In this document: positions 52,505-63,113 of the stretch, piece by piece
Position numbering within the stretch: position 1 is the stretch's first letter
Layout: each line of letters starts with the position of its first letter
Assembly: GCA_963751345.1 (NCBI GenBank)
Contig: CAVVUS010000037.1
Coordinates: 1 to 64,000, forward strand
Direction of reading: 5' to 3'
Length of the DNA: 64,000 bases
DNA from: an uncultured Chloroflexia bacterium
GTDB lineage: Bacteria; Chloroflexota; Anaerolineae; B4-G1; SLSP01
Notes under the pieces: model-generated
What the model saw: the letters and a program-made list of their open reading frames with translations, nothing else
Told to the model about the DNA's origin: nothing
The model's database searches: none
Position numbers and translations under genes: made by a program

Positions 52505-53237
52505 TTAAGTGATCAAATCGCTTGGGAGGAAGTCCATGCGGTTGAGATACATCAAGACGCGTTGGTCGCCATCAAACGCGATATGCGTGATGGACACGTT
52601 GTTTGCTGCGAACCACACAGCATCGACCGACTCCTCCGGATCTCTCTCAGGGAGGGCAAAGAGCAGCGCGGAGAAGGTAGTTGAAGAACCCTCCGTGGCT
52701 GACAAACGCCACACCGTCATCGCTCTCCCCGTGCTTCTGCAGCAGTTCCGCCAGAACCCTGCGCGCCCGAGGGGCACGATCCTCTTTGGGCTCAAAGGGA
52801 CGGTTCCACCACCCTGCATCGGTCACCTCGTCCGGAAGGATAAGCCGCGGGTAGTGTGCCAATAGGTAGCTGCGTCCACGCCCAGGCTTAGGCGTGTGGG
52901 TATCGGTCTCCTCATCGTAGAGGAACATTCCGCCGGTCTCGTGTATATCAACCCAACCCAGCAGCGGCAGATCCAGGGCCTCTGCAATCCTGTGCCCCGT
53001 CGCCACGGCCCTCTCCATCAAGCTGGTGTAGATGTGGGTGATATGAAAGCCCTGGACATCGGCCCCGGCGAACGTGCCCACCGAGTCCGGCGCAGCCAGG
53101 AAGGAGGCAACGTGCTCAGCTTGCAGCTCTCCAGCAGCGGTTAGCGCCGGGTCCGCGACGCGTCCATCATATGAGGAGCTCTGCGCCCAACGCAGGTTGT
53201 TCTCAGATTGTCCATGTCGTATGAAGTAGAAGTGCAT
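52505..53237 (-). CDS. Histidine phosphatase family protein; frameshift near 52660
   Basis: FIRHGQS.NN, DPALT..G..QA, YTS.MERA..T and FVSHGGF motifs. Confidence 0.85.
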
Positions 53238-53498
53238 AATTCTCCTGATCAGGGTACCTACGTTTGGCCAAGTTGGAGGCGATTCGATCGCGCATGCGAC
53301 ACGAAACCACTATCCCAGGGGCAAGGATACCAGGAAAGCAGCTAAGGGAAACGAGGGCTGGCCCACCCTCGACATGACCCAGAGTGCACCGGTGATATAC
53401 TGAAACTGGTCGGTGTGCGAACCCGCGTAGATAGGCGCGAGGGCTCGGTCCGGTCCATAGACTGAACGCCGATTCTCATATTCGGATTGAAGGTGCAA

Positions 53499-54196
53499 AT
53501 GCGAGACACACAACTCATCCTCATCGAGGGACCACCCGGCTCGGGAAAGACGACAACAGCTCAGAAACTTGCCGTAGAGATCTCGAACCTCGGGCAACCG
53601 TGCCGGTGTTTTGTCGAATGGGGGACTGATAACCCTATTGCGATCGGTGACGACCTGCATCTAGGCGAGGTCATTGCTTCGTCGGTGATCCGCGAGGACG
53701 CCGTACTCCAACAGTGGCGAGCATTCGTGCAAGAGAGACAGATAGACCACTCCGTAACGGTCATGGAGAGCCGGTTTTGGCAAACCAGCGTTATGCTGAT
53801 GTATATCGCCGGACATCCCATAGAGGATGTCTGGTCAGTAACCAGCGTGTCGTGGATGTCATTCAGATACTCAAGCCCGTGCTGATCTACTTCGCAATCG
53901 ATGACCAAAGCGCCTTTGCAGCACGGACGATCCAGCTCAAGGAGGAGGAGTGGCAGCGGGGGCGATTTCCCGGGACTTGGGCGCAGCATCTCTACGAGGC
54001 CTTCGACTCACGGCCATGGTTTGCAGATCGTGGCTTGGCCGGCTTGCCCGGGATGCTCGCTTTCCTGGAGGAATGGGCCACGGTTGCCGAAGGCCTTTAC
54101 GATAGAGCGCCGTTCCCCAAGGTCAAGATCCATAACCCCCATTTGGATTGGGCCTCGGCTATGCAGCAGATGCGGTGCTTTCTGGATCTGACCTGA
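53499..54196 (+). CDS. P-loop nucleotide-kinase-like hypothetical protein; frameshift near 53830
   Basis: LILIEGPPGSGKTT Walker A motif; reading continues in ORF 53714..54196. Confidence 0.6.
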
Positions 54197-54262
54197 CTTC
54201 TGTGAAAGTGAGGTGAACCGCGGCATCCTTGAGCCTTTATCTCTCAAGTAGGGGAGGTTGAA

Positions 54263-55057
54263 ATGAAAGTCCTGATGATGACCGATCTGGAAGGCGTTGC
54301 CGGGGTTGTGACGTTTGAGCAGGACTCGTATCCCACCGGTCAATACTATGAGACGGCCAAGCGCTTGCTGACCGCGGAGGTCAATGCCGCCGTCGACGGC
54401 TTGATGGAGGCCGGGGCAGAGGAGGTCTTGGTGCTGGATATGCACGGTCCGGGTGGCATCTGGTTTGAGGACCTGCATCCACAGGCGAAGCTGATGCACG
54501 GACGGCCTTTGGCCCCGCAGGCAGTCCGCGACGCCGTCTACAGAACCTACGACGTCTCCGTCATCGTGGGCCAGCACGCGATGGCGGGCGTCGCGGATGG
54601 TGATCTCGCGCACACGCAGAGCAGCCGCCACATCGACCGCTACACACTGAACGGCAAGCCAATCGGAGAGATTGCCCAATGGGTACTCTACTGCGGCGCG
54701 CTCGATCTCCCCGTGATCTTCCTCTCGGGCGACCACGCCGCCTGTCAGGAGATCGAGGAGCTGATCCCGGGTGTCACGACGGCCGCGGTCAAGCACGGGT
54801 TGAGCCGGACTTCGGCAATCACGCTGTCAAAGGAGGCATCCCGCGACCTCATCCGGGCACGCAGCCGCGTGGCCCTGGAGAAACAGCGGGAGGCGCCCAT
54901 CCCACCGCTGATCTGGGACCCGCCGTACGTGTTGGAGAAACGCTACTTCCACACGGACACAGCCGACGCAGCAGCAGCGCACCCGGATGTCGAACGCGTC
55001 GACGGTCAGACGGTCAGGCTCCGGAGCGACAGCATTCTCGATCTGATCTACAGATAG
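54263..55057 (+). CDS. M55 family D-aminopeptidase (DppA-like)
   Basis: MKV.MMTDLEGVAGV, EVNAAV.G...GA.EV.V.DMHG, GQHAMAG....L.HT, GE and LSGD motifs. Confidence 0.9.
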   Translation: MKVLMMTDLEGVAGVVTFEQDSYPTGQYYETAKRLLTAEVNAAVDGLMEAGAEEVLVLDMHGPGGIWFEDLHPQAKLMHGRPLAPQAVRDAVYRTYDVSVIVGQHAMAGVADGDLAHTQSSRHIDRYTLNGKPIGEIAQWVLYCGALDLPVIFLSGDHAACQEIEELIPGVTTAAVKHGLSRTSAITLSKEASRDLIRARSRVALEKQREAPIPPLIWDPPYVLEKRYFHTDTADAAAAHPDVERVDGQTVRLRSDSILDLIYR

Positions 55058-55063
55058 CTAGTA

Positions 55064-55103
55064 GGCTCCCTCCCCTTCCGGGGGAGGACTGGGAGGGGGA
55101 GCC
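55064..55103. repeat. REP-like nested palindrome (CTCCC...GGGGAG type) between convergent genes
   Basis: GGCTCCCTCCCCTTCCGGGGGAGGACTGGGAGGGGGAGCC. Confidence 0.5.
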
Positions 55104-55176
55104 CTGCGGCAGGCAGTGCCGCCCGTCCGCGGAGCCCCCCCTTTGCGTATCTCCCGCCGGTGGCAGAGCTAAGAGC

Positions 55177-56181
55177 CTACATATACCAGCGGCTGATGGA
55201 GTACTCCGGCTCGAAGCCGATGAGCTGCCGGGCCTTGTCGATGCTGACCAGGCTCTCCGTGCCTTCCAGAGACCGTTTGAGCGGCACTTCAGGATAGAAG
55301 AGCTCCGCGAGGGTCTGCGTGGGGACGCCGGCAGAGTTGTGGCTGTCGTTGACCCAGAGCGGGTAGCTCCCTTCGTAGTCCGCGATCAACCCCAACTCGA
55401 TGGCCTGCGCCGAATCCCGAGCATCAATGCTCGCCCAGAAATTGCTGTAGCCGAACATCATCCGCGCGTGGGGTAGCTCGCGGAGATTCGGACGATTCTC
55501 GCCCGGCTCAAATGCGCGCGCCGCCCGAAGCTGATCGTGAAGATCGATGACCTCTTGCGCGATCTTCTTCTGTTCCTCCAACGGCTTCGACAGCAGCTCC
55601 TGGTACGCCTCCATTGACCGCGACCGCCATCCGCGCATGCGGTCGGCGTTGTCTTCCGTCACCTCGTAGACGCCCGGCAGCCGCAGGAAGACGCTTGAAA
55701 CCCCTTCACGGCGCCAGAAGTAGTAGCCGATCTCCTCCATAATCTGTTTCGAGAAGGAGTAAGGGTCCGTCGTATAACTGGGATGCGCTTCGTCCATCGG
55801 GAAGTACTGGAGCCTGAAGCGCTTGATCCCGAAGTTGTAGCCCAGAGCGTTGATAGAGCTGGCGCTGACGATGCGTGTGATTCCCGCGTTGGCTGCGGCC
55901 CGATAGACATTGAAGGTGCCGGTATCGTTGACGCGGAAGATCGCCTCACCCGTGCCTAGCCCCGGATTGGGGATCGCCGCAAGATGGACCACGGCCTCCA
56001 TCCCCATCACGCACTCTGTCATACACTCAAAGTCGACGATATCACATTGACGATACGCGGCCCCCGGAATCTCCAGGTTCGGCGTCCGGCCTATGACCGT
56101 CACATCGTAGTCGTGGGCGACCAGTCGCTTGACGGCCTCGCGGCCGACCGCGCCGGTACCGCCTGTAACCAGAACTCGCAT
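55177..56181 (-). CDS. NAD-dependent epimerase/dehydratase (extended SDR)
   Basis: VLVTGGTGAVG, VVHLAAIP, ASSINALG and DPYSFSK motifs. Confidence 0.88.
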   Translation of the reverse strand: MRVLVTGGTGAVGREAVKRLVAHDYDVTVIGRTPNLEIPGAAYRQCDIVDFECMTECVMGMEAVVHLAAIPNPGLGTGEAIFRVNDTGTFNVYRAAANAGITRIVSASSINALGYNFGIKRFRLQYFPMDEAHPSYTTDPYSFSKQIMEEIGYYFWRREGVSSVFLRLPGVYEVTEDNADRMRGWRSRSMEAYQELLSKPLEEQKKIAQEVIDLHDQLRAARAFEPGENRPNLRELPHARMMFGYSNFWASIDARDSAQAIELGLIADYEGSYPLWVNDSHNSAGVPTQTLAELFYPEVPLKRSLEGTESLVSIDKARQLIGFEPEYSISRWYM

Positions 56182-56199
56182 AGGATTCCTCTCTGTCTG

Positions 56200-57333
56200 C
56201 TAGAAGTAGTCAGGTGTCCACACGAACGGCACACCCTTGGGGAAGAGCACGTCCAGGAGCGGCAGCACTCCTGTCCCAACAGCGCTGGCCACTACCACGT
56301 CAGGGGTGTTGAGCAGATCCCGCGCACTCCGGTATCCCATCAACAACTGCATGAGCTTGTCCTGCGACAATGATACGCGCGCCACGGAGCCCCGCTCCTC
56401 CCCGACGGAAACCACACCGTCCTCAAATGTCAGGGTTGTCACGCCAAGATCGGTGTCAAGGGACAGGGCGTCAGGGAGCCAGGCCACAGGCCGGGCGGCA
56501 AGCCGATCGGTCAGTACAGGTGCTATCTTCTGGAAGAGCGACACTTGATTGAGGACCCGCATCATACCGTCGGAGTAGCGAGGATACTCGATCTCCCAGG
56601 TGATGCCAAACTGCTGGGCGAACTCGGAGAAGGCATGATCCGGTGGCAGGTGGAGCGTGATCGCCTCACACCGCTTCGTCACGGCCTGCTCGGCAAGGAA
56701 GCGGAGAAGCGTCGGAAAGGCCCTGGGATCTGAGACGCCCAGCTCGGCGACTCTGACCTCCGTGGGACGCCTGTCCCAGACGAGATAGGCCAGCACCTCG
56801 CCGGAGGCATTCTCCCACAGCGCACTCTCGGCCGCGACACCCCAGTGCGTGCCCTTGGCGAATCGTGTGAACTGCTCTGGGGTTCGGATCAATGTGCCGG
56901 TACGGCGTGCATTCTCGGCAGCGTAGAGCTCGAGCACTGCGGGCATATCGGCGGGCTCGATCGGCCGCGGATCACTCGCGTCCATCTCCAGGACCGCGGC
57001 CTCGGCATCCCGAGTCTTGATCGTGAAGCTGCACTTGGGCAGGCAGGCAGCGTACCCGAATTTGGTGTAGAAATCAGGGATACCGAAGAGCATGGAGACA
57101 TCGTAGCCCTCGTCGGCCATGTAGGTTACGGTGTCGTCGTAGAGAATCCGCATGTAGCCCTTCATCCGGTGCTCGCGCCTGGTGTAGACGTCGCCAATCC
57201 CGGCCATCTGAATCTCGGCATGGCCGATGCGCATGGGTAGATCGATCACGTATAGATGCGCGACGTTCGTCTCGTCGTCGATCCACAGCTCCCGCTTGTG
57301 GCTGCGTCCCTCATCAATCGTCTTGAAGTGCAT
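56200..57333 (-). CDS. Eis-like GNAT acetyltransferase
   Basis: MAGIGDVYT..EHRMKGY, SMLFGIPDFY.KFGY, SCP2-like C-terminus ending PDYF. Confidence 0.8.
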   Translation of the reverse strand: MHFKTIDEGRSHKRELWIDDETNVAHLYVIDLPMRIGHAEIQMAGIGDVYTRREHRMKGYMRILYDDTVTYMADEGYDVSMLFGIPDFYTKFGYAACLPKCSFTIKTRDAEAAVLEMDASDPRPIEPADMPAVLELYAAENARRTGTLIRTPEQFTRFAKGTHWGVAAESALWENASGEVLAYLVWDRRPTEVRVAELGVSDPRAFPTLLRFLAEQAVTKRCEAITLHLPPDHAFSEFAQQFGITWEIEYPRYSDGMMRVLNQVSLFQKIAPVLTDRLAARPVAWLPDALSLDTDLGVTTLTFEDGVVSVGEERGSVARVSLSQDKLMQLLMGYRSARDLLNTPDVVVASAVGTGVLPLLDVLFPKGVPFVWTPDYF

Positions 57334-57348
57334 GTCCGATACCTCTCT

Positions 57349-58218
57349 TTACTTCAGACCGATGCGCGACCGGAATTCGGGCACGCCCTTGATCCCTAGG
57401 TTGAGGTGGAAGAGCGATCCCGCCAGCGGCCCCTCCGTATCACGATGACCGTTGCTCGCCGTGGTGACGTACATGTCCGTGTAGTCCTCGCCGCCAAAGC
57501 AGATCGAGGAGACTTTGGGCACGGGGAAGGTCACCTCCTGCATCTTCTCGCCTTCGGGCGAATACTTAACGAGGCGATGCCCGTCCCAACGCGCCGACCA
57601 CACGATGCCCTCAGCGTCGACGGTCATGCCGTCCGGATGACCCTCGCCGGCGGTCGTCGGCACATCGACGAAGACACGTCGGTTGGTGAGCTCGCCCGTA
57701 GCCTCATCGTAGTCAAAAAGGAAGATCTTCTGCTTGCGCGTGTCCGTGTGGTACATCGCCTGACGATCCGGCGTGAAGCCCATCCCATTGGATAGGGCCA
57801 CGTCATCGAGCACCAGCGTCAGCGTGCCGTCCGGGTCAAGCCGGTAGAGCAGCGCGGGTGCGTCAGGCCTGGGCATCGAGCCGCAGAAGACGCGCCCCGC
57901 GGGATCGGCGATCACGTCGTTGAACCGGGTCTCCCGCATGGCCGGGATCTCGTCCACGACCATTTCCAGCTCCTGCCCCTCTCGCCAGATGCCCACGGAC
58001 CCTTTATCCATGAAGAAGACCAGCGAGCCATCGGCCTGCAGCGTGTAGCCACCGATCGGCCGCCCAGTGTAGACCAACTCGTGGGTTTTCGCGGCGGGAT
58101 CGTAACGGTAGAGCCGTCCATTTGGAATGTCCACCCAGTAAAGCCGATGCTCATCGGGGTGCCACAGAGGTCCCTCCCCCGTGTCGCAGTCCACATTTGC
58201 GACAACCTGCGGTTCCAT
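57349..58218 (-). CDS. SMP-30/gluconolactonase family protein
   Basis: GEGPLW, LYWVDI, RFND...DP.GR, SNGMGF and PDGMTVDAEG motifs. Confidence 0.92.
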   Translation of the reverse strand: MEPQVVANVDCDTGEGPLWHPDEHRLYWVDIPNGRLYRYDPAAKTHELVYTGRPIGGYTLQADGSLVFFMDKGSVGIWREGQELEMVVDEIPAMRETRFNDVIADPAGRVFCGSMPRPDAPALLYRLDPDGTLTLVLDDVALSNGMGFTPDRQAMYHTDTRKQKIFLFDYDEATGELTNRRVFVDVPTTAGEGHPDGMTVDAEGIVWSARWDGHRLVKYSPEGEKMQEVTFPVPKVSSICFGGEDYTDMYVTTASNGHRDTEGPLAGSLFHLNLGIKGVPEFRSRIGLK

Positions 58219-58248
58219 ATGTCCCTCCTTACGATGATGAACCTTGAC

Positions 58249-58500
58249 CTAGAGGCCGAGTAGATTCTTGAGATCGCGTCTCGGCGGGTCGTCCAGAATC
58301 GTGCCGTCGGGAAGCACGAGAGTCGGCACGACCCAGGCTTTCCCGCGCAGTTCCAACAGTGCATCCAGCGCGCCGGCGTCATTGTCAATATCCCTGTAAT
58401 CATAGGAGACGTCGTGACGATCGAGGAATGCACGGGTCATCCTCACGCTCGGGCACCAGCCGGCTCCGTAAAAGACGATCGCGGTTTGGTCTTCAGACAT
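58249..58500 (-). CDS. Glutaredoxin/mycoredoxin-like protein (CPSV active site)
   Basis: FYGAGWCPSV, DID.D..A and VPTLVLPDG.IL motifs. Confidence 0.75.
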   Translation of the reverse strand: MSEDQTAIVFYGAGWCPSVRMTRAFLDRHDVSYDYRDIDNDAGALDALLELRGKAWVVPTLVLPDGTILDDPPRRDLKNLLGL

Positions 58501-58512
58501 AGCTACCTCTCT

Positions 58513-60505
58513 TCAGCGCCGGAAGACATCCGCCAGGGCAAATGCAGCCGGCTTGGGATTTCCGTCGAAGTCTACAACTGATGTGTTGGAGGTGCAAGGG
58601 AAACTGTCGTGGCCCATCCAGACGATGAAGCCACCGCAGCGAGGGAACCGGTCCTTGCACGCACCCGCGGCGATGGAGAGCGCCTGCGCCTGGCGCTGCT
58701 GGCCCCACGCTACGTATTCCTGCAACGTCTCCGGCTCCCGCCCCATCTCCGCTATGAACTGCGGCCACTCGATCCACCAGGAAGTGCGCCGCCAGAGGGG
58801 ATTTCCGAATGTCCCCGGGTAAGGATCGACGTCGCCGGCATATCTCCGAATCAGTTCGGCGGGGCTTGGACCGGGCGCACCGACCTCCGACCGCATCAGC
58901 GCATCATCGTCGCGCCAGTAATCCTGCCAGGTCTCGTCCAGTGTCCCCACAGCCTGCCACGGGCCGTGAACATCCCAGTGAACGCCCATGCCGAACTCCT
59001 TCTCATTGGCAGACTCGCGAGGACCTGAAGCTGACGTGGGCAGGAACCGCCGCGTGGGGTCCAGCGCCTCGACAACATCGTGGAGCGCCTTCAGCATGGG
59101 ATGCTCCAGGCCCAGGGGCCGGCCACCTGCCTCACGGTTTCCATTCTTATCGTCCATCAGCTCGTTCCCACCGCACCAGGCGAGGAGCGAAACGTGGTGC
59201 CGGCGGCGCGCAATGTAGGAACGAGCGATTTCCGTCAGCGCGGCGACACTGTGCCGCATCGTCGGGCGCGTAGTTGTCGACCCCGGAGGACGAGAGGGGG
59301 AACTCCTGCCAGACCAGAGAGGCCTAGCGCGTCGCACAGGTCATAGAAAACCTCGCGCTCCAACACCGCTCCACCCCACACGCGCAGCACGTTGACGTGC
59401 AGATCGCGATAGAGCTTCAGGCGCTTCTCATAGGCTGCCGCGCCCACGTCCGCGAAGTTGGGGCGGATCGGCGTCCAGTTTACGCCCTGCAGGAAGATCG
59501 GTTGACCGTTGACGACACAGAGCCAGGGATCCGCATCCTCAGGAGCATCCATGCAAGGCTGCCACGCGATATGTCTGAAGCCGACGGTGCGCTCGGCGCG
59601 ATCTAGTACGTCGCCCGCCGCATCCAACAACTCCACAACCAGGGCGTAGCGCGGCTGGTCTCCGTAGCCGTTGGGCCACCAGAGATCCACGTCCAAATCT
59701 CGCCACACCACTTCGACCAAGGCAGGGTCTGCGGCGCTCTCACTCGCAGCAAACTCCAGCGTCTCGTCGCGAAGTGGCGGCTCGTCCTCGGGCCCTCGTG
59801 GACCCGACAAGATACAGTGAAGCGCGGTCCCCTGACCCACGATGCGGCTCGAGAGCCGGAGCTCGCCCAGCGGAGGATCGATGCCGGCGTCCGTCGTGAC
59901 GTGCAAGCGCAGCAATCTCGCCCGCGCCCAGGACTCTCCAGCTCAATGGCGTCCCAGATCCCGATCTGGACAAGACGGGCTGTCCAATCCCAGTGATAGT
60001 TGAACCGCGGCTTCCACTCGGTCATGCGCGAGGTGTAGCCAAACTGGCCGAGCCAGCGCGGAGGACATTCAAAGACAATCTGGAGCCGGTTGCCCGACGT
60101 ATCCAGGAACGGGGTAAGGTCGACTCGAAGCGGCACAAAGCTGTTCTCAAACGCTGCCACCTCCCGGCCATTGATCCGGATAGCTCCGTTGCCGTCGAGG
60201 CCCATACACTGAAGGCGAACCATTGCGCCTGTCTCGAGCCAATCATCGGGCAGCATGACTTCGTAGATCCAGTGGCGATTCTCCACCCACTCGCACTGTG
60301 CCGCGTTCAGCCCGATATTCCAGTCGGGGAGCCGGCCGGCGTCAAGCAGCGCCTGCTGGACGGAACCCGGCACCGGCGCGGGCACGGCGGGCGTCTCTAC
60401 ATAGCGGGAGGTACCGATCGCCAAATCGGCATCCAGTCGCCATACGTGTGGCTGAAAGCCCGCGACGTGCCAGTCAAGCCGGCCAAGATCGTACGTTCTT
60501 TTCAA
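58513..60505 (-). CDS. GH2 beta-mannosidase-like glycoside hydrolase; frameshifts near 59920 and 59320
   Basis: VPGSV...L, FNYHWDW, LWWPNGYGDQP.Y, LRVWGGA..E..FYDLCD.LG and WCGGNE motifs. Confidence 0.85.
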
Positions 60506-60580
60506 TGGTAGCCTCCTGAGGATGGCGATCAGCGTTCAGAAGTGCAGGGTCGTGCCCTTGATCCATCGCCCTCTGTTACC

Positions 60581-61708
60581 CTAGACGTGATCGAACGCCA
60601 TCACGTAGCACGGCACCGGCAGAAGCGCCAGCAATGGCTGTGGGAGCTCGGCCTCACAGGCGACCGGTGGACCGCCGAAAACCAGTCGGGCGACCTCGAC
60701 AACCGGAAGCTCCACGTAGGTCGCGGCGTGATTGCCCGGCCGGATATCAACGTCGCCGTCCTCGACCGTCAACGTCGTGACGGTCGTGCGGTCGTGCTCC
60801 TTGACACCAATAGCGACGGAGAAGTCCCGGATGCCCTGGGCCTGTGCCTTGAGATACTCCCTGGCAGCCGTAAGGACCTGCGTCAGATCGTTGACCCGGT
60901 ACATCGAACTGTTGCCACCGGTCCAATATGAGATGCACGGCATCAGCCGACCGAGACGCACCTTGTCCCAGGCTGAGAGTGCCCAAGACGCGCGCTCGCC
61001 AAAGGTCCACTCCAGAAGTGCGCGAATCATGCCCAACTCGTTGCCGCTCTCAGAGACGAGTTCGAGGATGCGCAGGTGTTGGCGCGCCTGGCCCTCCAGG
61101 ATAGCGTACCCATCCTCTGCAATCCAGAACCGCGTATCCATCTTCCGAATTTGGGTCTTCAGATCCGGACGAATCGTATGGCACCGCTGCCGCGACTGCA
61201 GGCGCTCCACAACCGGCAACGCCTCTTCCGGCATGACCTCGTCGATCTCGATGGGCTGGACGCCGTGCCATTCCAGCGAACGTCGCGAGAACTGCAGATC
61301 ATACTGAGGCGATGCCAGCTCCCATCCGAAGGTGTTGTAGCGTTGGCGATCCCCGCCAAGCCAGGAGACGGGATAGCCGATGCGCCGCATCTCCTCGACA
61401 ACGTGGGTGAGAAGCTTGCTCATATACCCCTTGCCGCGGGCCTTCGGCGAGGTCGAGACCGCGCCAATGCCGCCAATCGTCATGCGGACACCGGCAGTCA
61501 CCGACTCGATGGGATAGACCCCAACGTGAGAGACGATCTCGCCGTCCTCCGCGATGACGTAAGCCCACTGAAGCGCCTCTTCCGTGGGCATATAGAGATG
61601 TGGGTAAACGCGCTCGAAGAAGGCCTTGGAGTGCCCAAAGGCCTGCTCCACGTAGCGCATGAAGCTCTCGAACTCTTCCACACGGGGATGGCGTATCTCA
61701 CCTTCCAT
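60581..61708 (-). CDS. Eis-like GNAT acetyltransferase (second paralog)
   Basis: GGIGAVSTSP.ARGKGYMS.L, WLGGDRQRY..FGWE and an SCP2-like C-terminus. Confidence 0.8.
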   Translation of the reverse strand: MEGEIRHPRVEEFESFMRYVEQAFGHSKAFFERVYPHLYMPTEEALQWAYVIAEDGEIVSHVGVYPIESVTAGVRMTIGGIGAVSTSPKARGKGYMSKLLTHVVEEMRRIGYPVSWLGGDRQRYNTFGWELASPQYDLQFSRRSLEWHGVQPIEIDEVMPEEALPVVERLQSRQRCHTIRPDLKTQIRKMDTRFWIAEDGYAILEGQARQHLRILELVSESGNELGMIRALLEWTFGERASWALSAWDKVRLGRLMPCISYWTGGNSSMYRVNDLTQVLTAAREYLKAQAQGIRDFSVAIGVKEHDRTTVTTLTVEDGDVDIRPGNHAATYVELPVVEVARLVFGGPPVACEAELPQPLLALLPVPCYVMAFDHV

Positions 61709-61744
61709 GATGCTTTCCTTTCTGAGTCACAACATCGGAGCGTC

Positions 61745-62551
61745 TTACAGGCTACTGCGCTCGGCCCCTGCATCCAGTGCCGCGACAGACGGTTTTACCG
61801 GCCCGACGCCGGACAGCGTCCGTTGTGTCAACCAGAGCAAGCCGACACTCAGTAGGGCGACGACGGCCAGGGCCCCCTCGGCGGCGATGATACCCCACGA
61901 CTGACCTACGTACACCGAGACGGCATTGGCGGTTGCGTGCCAGAGAATTGCTGCGAAAAGCGGCCATATCCTGGACTTGAAGAAGCACAGCACCACCAGG
62001 GTTGAGAGGCTGAGATGCATCGTCATCGCCATCACGCGCTCGGCTATGGCCAATAGCGGCGCAGCCGGCGACATCGACCAGTAGGCCTGCACCTCTGCGA
62101 GCGTGTTCGCCGGGAGCCCCACTGCGGACGGGTCGGCCACCTGGCTGATCGCAATGACGTTGACAAGCGTAAGTGCGACGAGCGCGCCCGTCAGGATCGA
62201 CTCCACACCACCGTGTCCCATGCCGAAGAAGACCGCCTCGCGCCAACTACGGGCGTCCTTCTGCCAGAACCTGTAAACGAGGTAACGGGCGACTTCCTCA
62301 AACACGCCGGCCGACAGCCCCAGGACCACGGCCTGCACCAACAAGGATTGCGACGGCATATCGAAGGTCTGGGATATCAGCGAGTTTGTCGGGATATGCA
62401 CGAGCTGGGAGGCCACAAAGGTAGCTGCGCCCGCCCACGCCAGCCGCATCGGAAGCCCCCAGCGGCGTCTCAAGATCAACACAATAGCAGCGGGCAGGCC
62501 AATCACAAAAACGACCTCGAGACTCACCAACGCGATGATCAACACGGACAT
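61745..62551 (-). CDS. YhfC family intramembrane glutamic/metalloprotease
   Basis: AGVFEEVARY, G.GHGGVES, ER..A..MH and ILWHA..N motifs. Confidence 0.85.
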   Translation of the reverse strand: MSVLIIALVSLEVVFVIGLPAAIVLILRRRWGLPMRLAWAGAATFVASQLVHIPTNSLISQTFDMPSQSLLVQAVVLGLSAGVFEEVARYLVYRFWQKDARSWREAVFFGMGHGGVESILTGALVALTLVNVIAISQVADPSAVGLPANTLAEVQAYWSMSPAAPLLAIAERVMAMTMHLSLSTLVVLCFFKSRIWPLFAAILWHATANAVSVYVGQSWGIIAAEGALAVVALLSVGLLWLTQRTLSGVGPVKPSVAALDAGAERSSL

Positions 62552-62582
62552 AGAGCCCTCCACCTGGGCAACAGGCAAGCCA

Positions 62583-63093
62583 TCAACTGCCCACAATTTC
62601 TGCCCGCATCCGATAGTACGGCAGCCCATCATCGCCCACGAAGTCGCCGTAGCGGACGAATCCTTGATTCTCATAGAGTCGCCAGGCCACAGCGTTGTCC
62701 TGGACCACGGTCAACAGGACCCTCGGCAATCCTGCATCCCGCGCCCAAGCCATCACGCGGGTGATGAGGCACGTACCCACGCCTTGCCCGTGATGGGCAT
62801 CGGCCACAGCCAGGCCGAGCATAGGCTCAGACTCCGGATTGGCGCCATCGAGGCCCCATATGAAACCCCAGCCGACGATCATATCGCCGTATACCCATAG
62901 CGACGAGGTCATACTTCGTCGGGTGTGGGCCGGTGTTAGCGGAGACGATGTCAGCACAAGTTTCCACCGTCGTCGTAACGTCCAGCGGGCGGAACGTCCG
63001 CTTCGACGCCTCGCTCAACCCGTTGTAGAACGCCGCGAGCGCCCCGGCATCACCGGGCGCCAGTCTACGGAAGTAGATGTTGTCGGTTTCCAT
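62583..63093 (-). CDS. GNAT acetyltransferase; frameshift near 62895
   Basis: FYNGLS..S...FRP, LGLAVADAHHGQGVG and L.V..DN..A..LYE..GF motifs. Confidence 0.8.
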
Positions 63094-63113
63094 AGGCTGT
63101 CATGCGCTTTCCC

